From the NCBI GenBank assembly GCA_011364925.1, contig RDOA01000001.1, positions 61,997 to 125,996 of the forward strand: a stretch of 64,000 nt of DNA, given 5' to 3'. This stretch comes from Promethearchaeota archaeon (GTDB lineage Archaea > Asgardarchaeota > Lokiarchaeia > Sigyniarchaeales > SOKP01). The notes under the pieces are model-generated. The model worked only from the letters and a program-made list of their open reading frames with translations, was not told the origin of the DNA and made no database searches. The position numbers and the translations under genes are program-made. Positions 55,249-64,000 of this stretch are shown one piece after another (the stretch's first letter is position 1; each line of letters starts with the position of its first letter).

Positions 55249-58200
55249 ATTAAAAAGTATAGATATTTTAGGTTTAAAAGTTCATCAATACCGACGAAGA
55301 AGAGACTTGCTCTCACTTTTATCGTAAGTCTTGTTTGTATTGTTATCGTAAGTAGTTTTTTCTCTTATAATAATTCAACAAATATCTTGAATAATATGAA
55401 TAACAACAGAAGGATTGAATACAAGTCACCAAATATTTCTGTCCCACCAACTTTCGATCTGGATTATCCTTTAAATTATTCGTTGTATGGGAAACTTGCT
55501 CCGAATTATTCTTTATCAAAAATTAAAACGGGAAATTATACATGGTATGAATTCTTGGATATCAGTACAAATTCAACGCCAGTAGAATTAGAAGGCACTG
55601 TAAATGAAAATTTTATTGGGACGTTTAACCAATCGATGTGGGACTCTTTAAGCAACGGAACTGCTACAATTCGTTTTTATGTTAATAATTCATTGGGTGA
55701 AATAAGCTTTCTAGACGCAATAATTAGAATTGATATTACAGATCCTTCCATCGACAGTATTGATTCACCCTCGCCAGGAACATGGTTTAGCGCTACACCC
55801 CCAAGTTATAGCCTTTCCATCACAGAGAAGAATCTTGACACTATCTGGTACACGCTCGATGAAGGGACGAACAACTACACCGGAGCGACGAGTGGAACGA
55901 TCGATTCTACCGCCTGGACTAACGCGGGTGACGGCGCAGTTACAATTACGTTCTACGTAAACGATTCTGTAGGTAATTGGGCGTCTTCAAGCGTAGGTGT
56001 TAACAAGGACAGTCTTGATCCTATAATCGATAGCATCGATTCTCCCTTGTCAGGAGCGTGGTATAGTAGTGCCCCTCCAAGTTATAGTCTATCCATAACG
56101 GAAGCGAATTTGGATTCTATCTGGTACACGCTAGATGGAGGATCGAACAATTACACCGGAGCGACGAGCGGAACGATCGATTCTACCGCCTGGACTAACG
56201 CGGGTGACGGCTTAGTTACAATTATGTTCTACGTAAACGATTCAGTAGGTAATATTGATTTTGCGAGTGTAGGTATAAACAAAGATACGCTTGACCCTTC
56301 TATCGACAGCATCGATTCGCCATTGTCAGGGGCGTGGTTTAATAGTGCTCCTCCAGATTATAGTCTTTCCATCACCGAGACGAATTTGGATTCTATTTGG
56401 TATACGCTCGATGGAGGGACAAACAACTTCACCGGAGCAACGAGCGGAACGATCGATTCTACCGCTTGGACTAACGCAGGTGACGGCGCAGTTACGATTA
56501 CGTTTTACGTAAACGATTCTTTGGGTAACTGGGATACCGCAAGTGTTATTGTTAACAAGGACACCCTTGATCCTTCTATCGACAGCATCGATTCTCCATC
56601 ATCTGGGGCGTGGTTTGATAATAATCCCCCAAGTTATAGCCTTTCCATCACGGAACCGAATTTGGATTCTATCTGGCACACGCTTGATGGAGGTTCGAAC
56701 AACTACACCGGAGGGGCGAGTGGAACTATCGACTCTACAGCTTGGATTAACGCGGGAGACGGTGCAGTTACGATTACATTTTATGTAAACGATTCCGTGG
56801 GTAATTTAGATAAAGCGAGTGTTATAGTTAACAAAGATACCCTTGATCCTTCCATTGATAGCATCGATTCGCCCATTTCTGGAGCTTGGTTTAGTAGCGT
56901 TCCTCCAAGTTATAGTCTTTCCATCACTGAGGCGAATCTAGACTCGATTTGGTACACGCTTGATGGAGGATCGAACAACTACACCGGAGCGATGAGCGGA
57001 ACGATCGACTCCACAGCATGGACCAACGCGGGTGACGGCGCAGTTACAATTACGTTTTATGTAAACGATTCCGTGGGCAATATCGATTTTGCAAGCGTAG
57101 CAGTTAATAAAGATACGGTCGATCCTTCTATCGACAATATTGATTCACCATTGTCGGGAGCTTGGTTTGCTGGTACTCCCCCTAGTTATACTTTATCCAT
57201 AACAGAGACAAACCTAAACTCGATTTGGTACACGCTCGATGGAGGTGTGAACAACTACACTGGAGCAACGAGCGGAACGATCGACTCCACAGCATGGACC
57301 AACATGGGTGACGGCGCAGTTACAATTACGTTTTACGTAAACGATTCCGCTGGAAATTTAAATTTTGCGAGTGTAATAATCAATAAAGATAGCGTGAATC
57401 CTTCCATTGATAGCATCAATTCTCCATCGTCTGGTGCGTGGTTTAATAATAATCCTCCAAGTTATAGTCTTTCCATCACCGAGACGAATTTAGACTCAAT
57501 TTGGTATACGCTCGATGGAGGTGCGAACAACTACACAGGAGCAACGAGCGGAACGATCTATTCTACCGCTTGGACTAACGTGGGTAACGGGGCAGTTACA
57601 ATTACGTTTTACGTAAACGATTCCGCTGGTAACTGGGCTTCCTCAAGCGTGGTAATTAACAAAGATAGCATAGATCCTTCTATCGACAGTATTGATTCGC
57701 CTTCTTCGGGCGCTTGGTTTGGTAGTAATCCTCCAAGTTATAGTCTTTCCATCACCGAGACGAATCTAGATTCTATTTGGTACACGCTCGATGGAGGTAC
57801 AAACAACTACACCGGAGGTGCGAGTGGAACTATTGATTCTACCGCCTGGACTAACGCGGGTGATGGTCTTGTAACGATTACTTTTTATGTAAACGACTCC
57901 GCAGGCAATATCGATTTTGCGAGCGTAGCAGTTAACAAAGATACCCTTGACCCTTCCATCGATAGCATCGATTCCCCATCACCGGGAGTGTGGTTTAGTG
58001 GTACTCCTCCAAGTTACAGCTTATCTATCACTGAAACGAATTTGGATTCTATTTGGTACACGCTTGATGGAGGTATAAACAACTACACTGGAGGTTCGAG
58101 TGGAATTATTGATTCTACCGCCTGGACTAACGCGGGTGATAGTCTTGTAACGATTATTTTTTATGTAAACGACTCCGCAGGCAATATCGATTTTGCGAGT

Positions 58201-61200
58201 GTAGCAGTTAACAAAGATACCCTTGACCCTTCCATCGATAGCATCGATTCCCCCTCGTCTGGAGCTTGGTTTGGTAGTGATCCTCCAAGCTACAGCTTAT
58301 CCATCACTGAGGCAAACCTAGACTCGATTTGGTACACCCTTGATGGAGGTACGAACAATTACACTGGAACAACGAGCGGAACGATTGACTCCACAGCCTG
58401 GACTAATGCAGGTGAAGGTGCAGTTACAATTACATTTTACGTAAACGATTCTGTAGGTAATTTGGATACCGCGAGCGTCGTAGTTAACAAAGATAGCGTT
58501 AATCCTTCTATTGATAGCATTGATTCACCATCTTCGGGAGCGTGGATTAGTAACACTCCCCCAACATATAGCCTTTCAATAACTGAAACGAATTTGGATG
58601 AAATCTGGTATACGCTCGATGATGGCATAAACAATTATACAGGAGCGGTAAGTGGAACGATTGACTCCACAGCCTGGACTAATGCGGGTGATGGTCTTGT
58701 AACGATTATTTTTTATGTAAACGACTCAACGGGTAATATTGCTTTTGCGAGCGTAGGTGTCAACAAAGATACCCTTGATCCTTCTATTGATAGCATTGAT
58801 TCGCCATCTTCGGGCGCGTGGTTTAGTAGTAATCCTCCAAGTTATAGCCTTTCCATCACCGAGACGAATTTGGATTCAATCTGGTATACGCTCGATGATG
58901 GTGCGAACAACTACACTGGAGGTTTGAGTGGAATTATTGATTCTACCGCCTGGACTAACGCGGGTGATGGTCTTGTAACGATTATTTTTTATGTAAACGA
59001 TTCCGCTGGTAATTGGGCATCCTCAAGCGTGGTAATTAACAAAGATAGCATAGATCCTTCTATCGACAGTATTGATTCACCTTCTTCGGGCGCTTGGTTT
59101 GGTAGCAATCCTCCAAGTTATAGTCTTTCCATCACCGAGGCGAATTTGGATTCAATCTGGTACACGCTCGATGGAGGTGCGAATAATTACACGGGAGCTA
59201 TAAGCGGAACGATTGATTCAACTGCATGGAGTATCGCGAGTCAGGGAGCAGTTACAATTACATTCTATGTAAACGATTCCGCTGGAAATTTAAATTTTGC
59301 AAGTGTAATAATCAATAAAGACAGCGTCGATCCTTCCATTGATAGCATCGATTCCCCATTACCGGGAGTGTGGTTTAGTAGTACTTCTCCAAGCTATAGT
59401 TTATCCATCACCGAGACGAATTTGGATTCAATCTGGTATACGCTCGATGATGGTGCGAACAATTACACCGGAACGACGAGTGGAACGATAGACTCTACAG
59501 CTTGGACTAACGCGGGTCAGGGATCCGTTACAATTACGTTTTTTGTAAACGATTCCGCTGGTAATTGGGTTTCCTCAAGCGTAGTAATTAACAAAGATAG
59601 CGTTGATCCTTCCATTGATAGTATCGATTCGCCATCCTCAGGAGTGTGGTTTAGTAGCTCACCTCCAAGTTACAGTCTTTCCATCACCGAGACGAATCTG
59701 GATACTATTTGGTATACGCTCGATGGGGGTACGAATAATTATACGGGAGCAGCTAGCGGAACGATAAACTCTACAGCTTGGGCTAACGCAGGTCAGGGAA
59801 CTATTACGATTACATTTTATGTGAACGATTCTGCAGGCAACTGGGCCTCTTCTAGCGTGATAATTAACAAAGATAGCGTTGATCCTTCCATTGATAGCAT
59901 CGATTCCCCATTACTGGGAATGTGGTTTAGTAGTACTCCTCCAAGTTATAGTCTTTCCATCACCGAGACGAATTTAGACTCAATTTGGTACACGCTCGAT
60001 GGAGGGACGACCAACTATACTGGAACAACGAGCGGAACGATTGATTCTACAGAATGGAGTAACGCTGGACAAGGTGCAGTTACGATTACATTTTATGTAA
60101 ATGATTCTGCAGGTAACTGGGCTTCTTCAAGCGTAGTAATTAACAAAGATAGCGTTGTTCCTTCTATCGACAGTATTGATTCGCCATCACCCAGTGAGTG
60201 GTTCAGCAGTAGTCCTCCTAGCTATAGTCTTTCCATTACTGAGACAAATTTAGACTCAATTTGGTACACGCTTGATGGAGGTATAAACAACTATACAGGA
60301 GCAGTAAGTGGAACTATCGATTCTACTGCTTGGTCTAACGCAGGACAAGGACCAGTTACGATTATTTTCTATGTAAACGATTCTGCAGGTAATTTAGCTT
60401 ATTCAAGTGTTGGAATTAATAAAGATAGTATTGATCCCTCGATAAATAGTATCAATTCGCCCTCATCGGGGGCATGGTTTAGTGACACACCTCCTGGTTA
60501 TAGCTTATCCATTACCGAAGCAAATCTAGACTCGATTTGGTATACGTTAGATGGAGGTTTGAATAATTACGCGGGAGCGGCAAGTGGAACGATCGACTTG
60601 ACGGCATGGACTAACGCAGGTCAAGGAGCCGTCACGATAACATTCTATGTAAACGATTCTGCGAGTAATTTAGATTCTGCGAGTGTGATAGTTAATAAAG
60701 ATACCTTACCTCCAATTTTAGTACTTAACACTCCAATGAATAACACTTATGTGAATAATGCCCCTCCAATTAATATCACCGTCTATGATAATTTTGCTAC
60801 TCTAACTTATACAGTATTAGGATACTCTCCTCTTTCACTAACAAATCATACGGCTGTTACCCTTAATCCTGCTATTTGGAGTTCTCTGTCTCAAGGAGTG
60901 TTTTATGTTGTTATTAGTGGTTTCGATTTATTAGGGCAATCCTCTAATCTTACGATCACTCTGTATAAAGATACGATTGCACCCATTATAAGCATCACTT
61001 CACCTGTAAATAACACTTACTCGAATGTACCACCTTATTTAAATGTCAATGCTGTAGATCCGAACCTTGATACAATCTGGTATAGCGTAAATAATGTTAA
61101 TATCACTTTGCAAAATAACACGCTACAGGAGTTGAATAGCTCAATTTGGGCCAGCTTGCAAGACGAAGGACAGTATGAGGTTAAAATATATGCAAACGAT

Positions 61201-64000
61201 ACGTTTGGTCATTTAAATGATCTTTACACGCTTAATCTTTACAAAGATATTATTTATCCTACCTTAATAATAAATTCGCCATTAAATAATTCCTACTATA
61301 AGCTAGAACCTATTATTAATGTTGTAGTTAGTGATCCTTATTTCGATTCTTTATGGTATCGTGTTGGATCCCAGAACATTCCTTTAACTAATGACACAAA
61401 CCAACAATTAACCACTAGTATTTGGAATAATCTACCTGAAGAGGGAAGTTTTATAATTTATTTCTACGCTAACGATAGTGCTGGTAATTTAAACGACTTA
61501 TTTAGTTTGACTCTAAATAAGGATGTAAGAAATCCTGAAGTTATAATTATAAATCCAAACTCAAACGATTTATTCGGGGAACCCTCTCCTGAGTTCCAAA
61601 TTTCCATAAATGAACTTAATTTAAACAAGACATGGTACATGTTATACAACAATTCATGGAGCTCTTTGAATTACACTTTTAGCGGATTAACTGGAGTAAT
61701 TAATCAACTCGCTTGGGACGCATTCAAAAACACAGATGTAACCATTAGATTTTACGCAAACGATACACTGAATAATTTGGGTTATACCGAAGTTACAATT
61801 CGGAAGAATATAATTGCTCCAATAATGACTATTGTTGATCCCCAAGATAATGACTTATTCGGAATTGAAGCCCCAAATATTACGATTTATAAAGCAGGAA
61901 TAGAATTAAATACTACTTGGTACACCCTAGATGGTGGATTAACTAATTTTACTTTTTCAGGATTAAGCGTTGTCGTAAACCAAGATGCGTGGAATAATTA
62001 TGGATTTAGCGATGTAATTATCACTTTTTATGTTAACGATTCGTTAGGAAGAATCGGATTCGACCAGATAATTCTTAAAAAAGATCCAAATCCTCCACAA
62101 ATTCTGATTACTTTCATTAATCCGTCAACTAATAATTCCTATTGTGCAACAGAACCAACTTTCAGAATTGCGGCATATGATCCAAATTTAGTTTCAATTT
62201 GGTATCGGGTCGGTTTAACAAATATAACTTTTACAAATAATTCAGTCTTAATTCTTAACGATACAATCTGGAACAGCTTACCTCAAGGGAAATTCACGGT
62301 CGAGATTTTCGCTGTAGATCAATTAGGATATCTCAACGATTCAATAACCTTGACATTCCACAAGGACACACTTGCTCCTAAACTTGTAATTAATCAACCA
62401 GAGGACTATACCTACTATGATTCGCCACCTCCACTTAATGTTACTGTATATGACCCAAATTACTTATCTTTTTCTCTTACCTACACCGTTGTTGGATACC
62501 TCCCCGATGCTATCACATTAGAGAATAACACTGAGGAATTTCTAAATCCCGCCATTTGGAATAGTCTTCCCCAAGGAGAATTTTCTGTTAGTATTACTGC
62601 CAGAGATACTTTTAATCAACGAAACAATACATTCGTTCTTACGTTATACAAAGATACAATTGGGCCAATTTTTGAAAGCCTTATACCAGAGAATTTCAGT
62701 ACCTACAACTCTCCTCCAACTTTATTAATTTCTTATTCTGACCCCAACCTTCAAACTATTTATTATAAAGTTGGTACAAGTCCAATAATACCCATATCCA
62801 ACGGCATATCTCAAGATCTTGATTCCTCCATTTGGAGTGGCTTAACTGACGTATCTTTTACCATCGAATTTTATGCAAATGATACCTTTGGTCATATGAG
62901 CACTGTTGTGAATCTGACTCTTATTAAGGATACAACTATTCCTCTAATAACTATAAATTCTCCATTAAATAACACATATTATTCTACACCTCCTACTATG
63001 AATTTAGCTTTATTAGATCTCAATCCTGATACAATATGGTATACTGTTCTAGGTAGTAAAGTAATACTTTCGGGAATACAACCATTTGATAACTCTATAT
63101 GGAACAGTTTAGATCAAGGAGAATTTCAAGTATACATATTTGCTAACGATACTGCTGGTAATCTAAATAATACTCTTGTTTTGACATTACTTAAGGATAC
63201 AAAAGCTCCTTTAGTAACGGTTAATTTACCCCTAAACAATACCTATTGGAATACACGACCAACGATTAATGTGGAGGCCTTTGATCCAAACCTAAATCTT
63301 ATTCAATATCTTGTAGCAGGTGGTTATGTTACATTGCAGAATGGAAATGATTCGACACTTGTCCCAATATTATGGAATCTGCTTGGCGAAGGTGAATTTA
63401 CTCTGCAGATTTTTGCTTCTGATACATTTAGTCAAACTAATAGTTCGGTTATACTAACGCTCTATAAAGACACAATATTACCTAATATTGATATCATTTC
63501 CCCCCAACCTAACGATTTCTTTGGAGAGAATGCTCCCTTTGTGTCTATAGATGTTACTGATACGAATTTAGAAGAAATTTGGTACCGGTTAAGCAATGGA
63601 ACGGTTGTTACTAATAATTACCCATGGACAGGTTCTATTGATCAGTCTGTCTGGGACCAGGTCGGAAATGGAACCGTTACCATACGGATTTACGCCAACG
63701 ATACTGCGAGAAATGTACAATTTGAAGAGGTGGTAGTTCGAAAAAACATCTACGCTCCTATAATTAGTATCAATTATTTAGATAATCATTCTCCTTACGA
63801 TAACGAATTATTCGGAATAACTGCGCCTTATTTTGATATTTATACGTCAGGCTCAGAACTACAGTTAACTTGGTATACAATAAATAATGGTATTACAAAT
63901 TTTACATTTACTGGGTTAAGTGGTTCAATAAATCAATCAGCGTGGGATGATTTTGAATCTGGCACTGTTCATACTATAACTTTGACTTTCTATGTTAATG
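55249..64000 (+). CDS. Giant repetitive cell-surface (glyco)protein, >2900 aa, at least 31 Ig-like domains, 3' end outside window
   Basis: Frame +1 opens after TAA 55222-55224; no stop was seen and the ORF track lists no closed ORF in this frame. Basic + hydrophobic leader (KKRLALTFIVSLVCIVIVSSFF); repeats with WYTLD..AW..ITFYVNDS.GN..KD and many N-x-S/T sequons. Confidence 0.88.
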   Translation, partial: MKKYRYFRFKSSSIPTKKRLALTFIVSLVCIVIVSSFFSYNNSTNILNNMNNNRRIEYKSPNISVPPTFDLDYPLNYSLYGKLAPNYSLSKIKTGNYTWYEFLDISTNSTPVELEGTVNENFIGTFNQSMWDSLSNGTATIRFYVNNSLGEISFLDAIIRIDITDPSIDSIDSPSPGTWFSATPPSYSLSITEKNLDTIWYTLDEGTNNYTGATSGTIDSTAWTNAGDGAVTITFYVNDSVGNWASSSVGVNKDSLDPIIDSIDSPLSGAWYSSAPPSYSLSITEANLDSIWYTLDGGSNNYTGATSGTIDSTAWTNAGDGLVTIMFYVNDSVGNIDFASVGINKDTLDPSIDSIDSPLSGAWFNSAPPDYSLSITETNLDSIWYTLDGGTNNFTGATSGTIDSTAWTNAGDGAVTITFYVNDSLGNWDTASVIVNKDTLDPSIDSIDSPSSGAWFDNNPPSYSLSITEPNLDSIWHTLDGGSNNYTGGASGTIDSTAWINAGDGAVTITFYVNDSVGNLDKASVIVNKDTLDPSIDSIDSPISGAWFSSVPPSYSLSITEANLDSIWYTLDGGSNNYTGAMSGTIDSTAWTNAGDGAVTITFYVNDSVGNIDFASVAVNKDTVDPSIDNIDSPLSGAWFAGTPPSYTLSITETNLNSIWYTLDGGVNNYTGATSGTIDSTAWTNMGDGAVTITFYVNDSAGNLNFASVIINKDSVNPSIDSINSPSSGAWFNNNPPSYSLSITETNLDSIWYTLDGGANNYTGATSGTIYSTAWTNVGNGAVTITFYVNDSAGNWASSSVVINKDSIDPSIDSIDSPSSGAWFGSNPPSYSLSITETNLDSIWYTLDGGTNNYTGGASGTIDSTAWTNAGDGLVTITFYVNDSAGNIDFASVAVNKDTLDPSIDSIDSPSPGVWFSGTPPSYSLSITETNLDSIWYTLDGGINNYTGGSSGIIDSTAWTNAGDSLVTIIFYVNDSAGNIDFASVAVNKDTLDPSIDSIDSPSSGAWFGSDPPSYSLSITEANLDSIWYTLDGGTNNYTGTTSGTIDSTAWTNAGEGAVTITFYVNDSVGNLDTASVVVNKDSVNPSIDSIDSPSSGAWISNTPPTYSLSITETNLDEIWYTLDDGINNYTGAVSGTIDSTAWTNAGDGLVTIIFYVNDSTGNIAFASVGVNKDTLDPSIDSIDSPSSGAWFSSNPPSYSLSITETNLDSIWYTLDDGANNYTGGLSGIIDSTAWTNAGDGLVTIIFYVNDSAGNWASSSVVINKDSIDPSIDSIDSPSSGAWFGSNPPSYSLSITEANLDSIWYTLDGGANNYTGAISGTIDSTAWSIASQGAVTITFYVNDSAGNLNFASVIINKDSVDPSIDSIDSPLPGVWFSSTSPSYSLSITETNLDSIWYTLDDGANNYTGTTSGTIDSTAWTNAGQGSVTITFFVNDSAGNWVSSSVVINKDSVDPSIDSIDSPSSGVWFSSSPPSYSLSITETNLDTIWYTLDGGTNNYTGAASGTINSTAWANAGQGTITITFYVNDSAGNWASSSVIINKDSVDPSIDSIDSPLLGMWFSSTPPSYSLSITETNLDSIWYTLDGGTTNYTGTTSGTIDSTEWSNAGQGAVTITFYVNDSAGNWASSSVVINKDSVVPSIDSIDSPSPSEWFSSSPPSYSLSITETNLDSIWYTLDGGINNYTGAVSGTIDSTAWSNAGQGPVTIIFYVNDSAGNLAYSSVGINKDSIDPSINSINSPSSGAWFSDTPPGYSLSITEANLDSIWYTLDGGLNNYAGAASGTIDLTAWTNAGQGAVTITFYVNDSASNLDSASVIVNKDTLPPILVLNTPMNNTYVNNAPPINITVYDNFATLTYTVLGYSPLSLTNHTAVTLNPAIWSSLSQGVFYVVISGFDLLGQSSNLTITLYKDTIAPIISITSPVNNTYSNVPPYLNVNAVDPNLDTIWYSVNNVNITLQNNTLQELNSSIWASLQDEGQYEVKIYANDTFGHLNDLYTLNLYKDIIYPTLIINSPLNNSYYKLEPIINVVVSDPYFDSLWYRVGSQNIPLTNDTNQQLTTSIWNNLPEEGSFIIYFYANDSAGNLNDLFSLTLNKDVRNPEVIIINPNSNDLFGEPSPEFQISINELNLNKTWYMLYNNSWSSLNYTFSGLTGVINQLAWDAFKNTDVTIRFYANDTLNNLGYTEVTIRKNIIAPIMTIVDPQDNDLFGIEAPNITIYKAGIELNTTWYTLDGGLTNFTFSGLSVVVNQDAWNNYGFSDVIITFYVNDSLGRIGFDQIILKKDPNPPQILITFINPSTNNSYCATEPTFRIAAYDPNLVSIWYRVGLTNITFTNNSVLILNDTIWNSLPQGKFTVEIFAVDQLGYLNDSITLTFHKDTLAPKLVINQPEDYTYYDSPPPLNVTVYDPNYLSFSLTYTVVGYLPDAITLENNTEEFLNPAIWNSLPQGEFSVSITARDTFNQRNNTFVLTLYKDTIGPIFESLIPENFSTYNSPPTLLISYSDPNLQTIYYKVGTSPIIPISNGISQDLDSSIWSGLTDVSFTIEFYANDTFGHMSTVVNLTLIKDTTIPLITINSPLNNTYYSTPPTMNLALLDLNPDTIWYTVLGSKVILSGIQPFDNSIWNSLDQGEFQVYIFANDTAGNLNNTLVLTLLKDTKAPLVTVNLPLNNTYWNTRPTINVEAFDPNLNLIQYLVAGGYVTLQNGNDSTLVPILWNLLGEGEFTLQIFASDTFSQTNSSVILTLYKDTILPNIDIISPQPNDFFGENAPFVSIDVTDTNLEEIWYRLSNGTVVTNNYPWTGSIDQSVWDQVGNGTVTIRIYANDTARNVQFEEVVVRKNIYAPIISINYLDNHSPYDNELFGITAPYFDIYTSGSELQLTWYTINNGITNFTFTGLSGSINQSAWDDFESGTVHTITLTFYVN
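55741..60708 (+). repeat. 18 tandem 276-bp (92-aa) repeats without indels
   Basis: Unit starts checked at 55741+276k for k=0..17; first unit DPSIDSIDSPSPGTWFSATPPSYSLSITEKNLDTIWYTLDEGTNNYTGATSGTIDSTAWTNAGDGAVTITFYVNDSVGNWASSSVGVNKDSL. Confidence 0.95.

Noticed and set aside
55741-60708. CRISPR array or DGR template/variable repeats
   Set aside because: Units are 276-bp contiguous in-frame coding repeats with no spacers; no cas or reverse transcriptase gene is in the window, and variation is not obviously adenine-specific.
55119-61652. Short ORFs at 55119, 55730, 56291, 56543, 58437 and 61464
   Set aside because: Alternative-frame or antisense by-products of the giant repeat gene.

Overview
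AT-rich archaeal DNA, most consistent with an Asgard archaeon of the Lokiarchaeia type. This is inferred from an archaeal type-A RNase P RNA, BRE/TATA promoters, a Rag-like GTPase with roadblock/longin neighbours and an IPGY-type C-terminal anchor. 1-33 kb is a catabolic island: two Opp/Dpp-type ABC operons whose ATPases carry N-terminal multi-TM domains, a glycyl-radical enzyme with activase, AOR and Fe-ADH, beta-oxidation enzymes, a soluble DmsAB-like Mo/W enzyme and two paralogous TetR regulators. A 17-bp palindromic motif (ideal AATAGAC-N3-GTCTATT) recurs about 11 times in its intergenic regions. 33-40 kb holds the most striking locus: a single-pass surface receptor-like protein (DUF2341/LamG, 6 Ig-like repeats, cytoplasmic TPR-like tail) translationally coupled to a Rag/Gtr-like GTPase-roadblock protein and a longin/uDENN-like protein with a folliculin-like 'LAR' candidate arginine finger, abutted by a coiled-coil/Zn-ribbon/roadblock-like gene. 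40-55 kb contains a chimeric gene scar, PadR with palindromic operators, a second GRE activase, sulfatase, H+-PPase, stomatin, a 7-TM protein, rnpB and a 37-aa rubredoxin-like gene. From about 55.2 kb to the window end runs one giant surface-protein ORF absent from the ORF track, with 18 exact-length 276-bp repeats and 12 further diverged domains. Several genes appear to start at ATT/ATA. No CRISPR, tRNA, rRNA or mobile element was seen. All family calls are from motif recognition by eye, not database searches.
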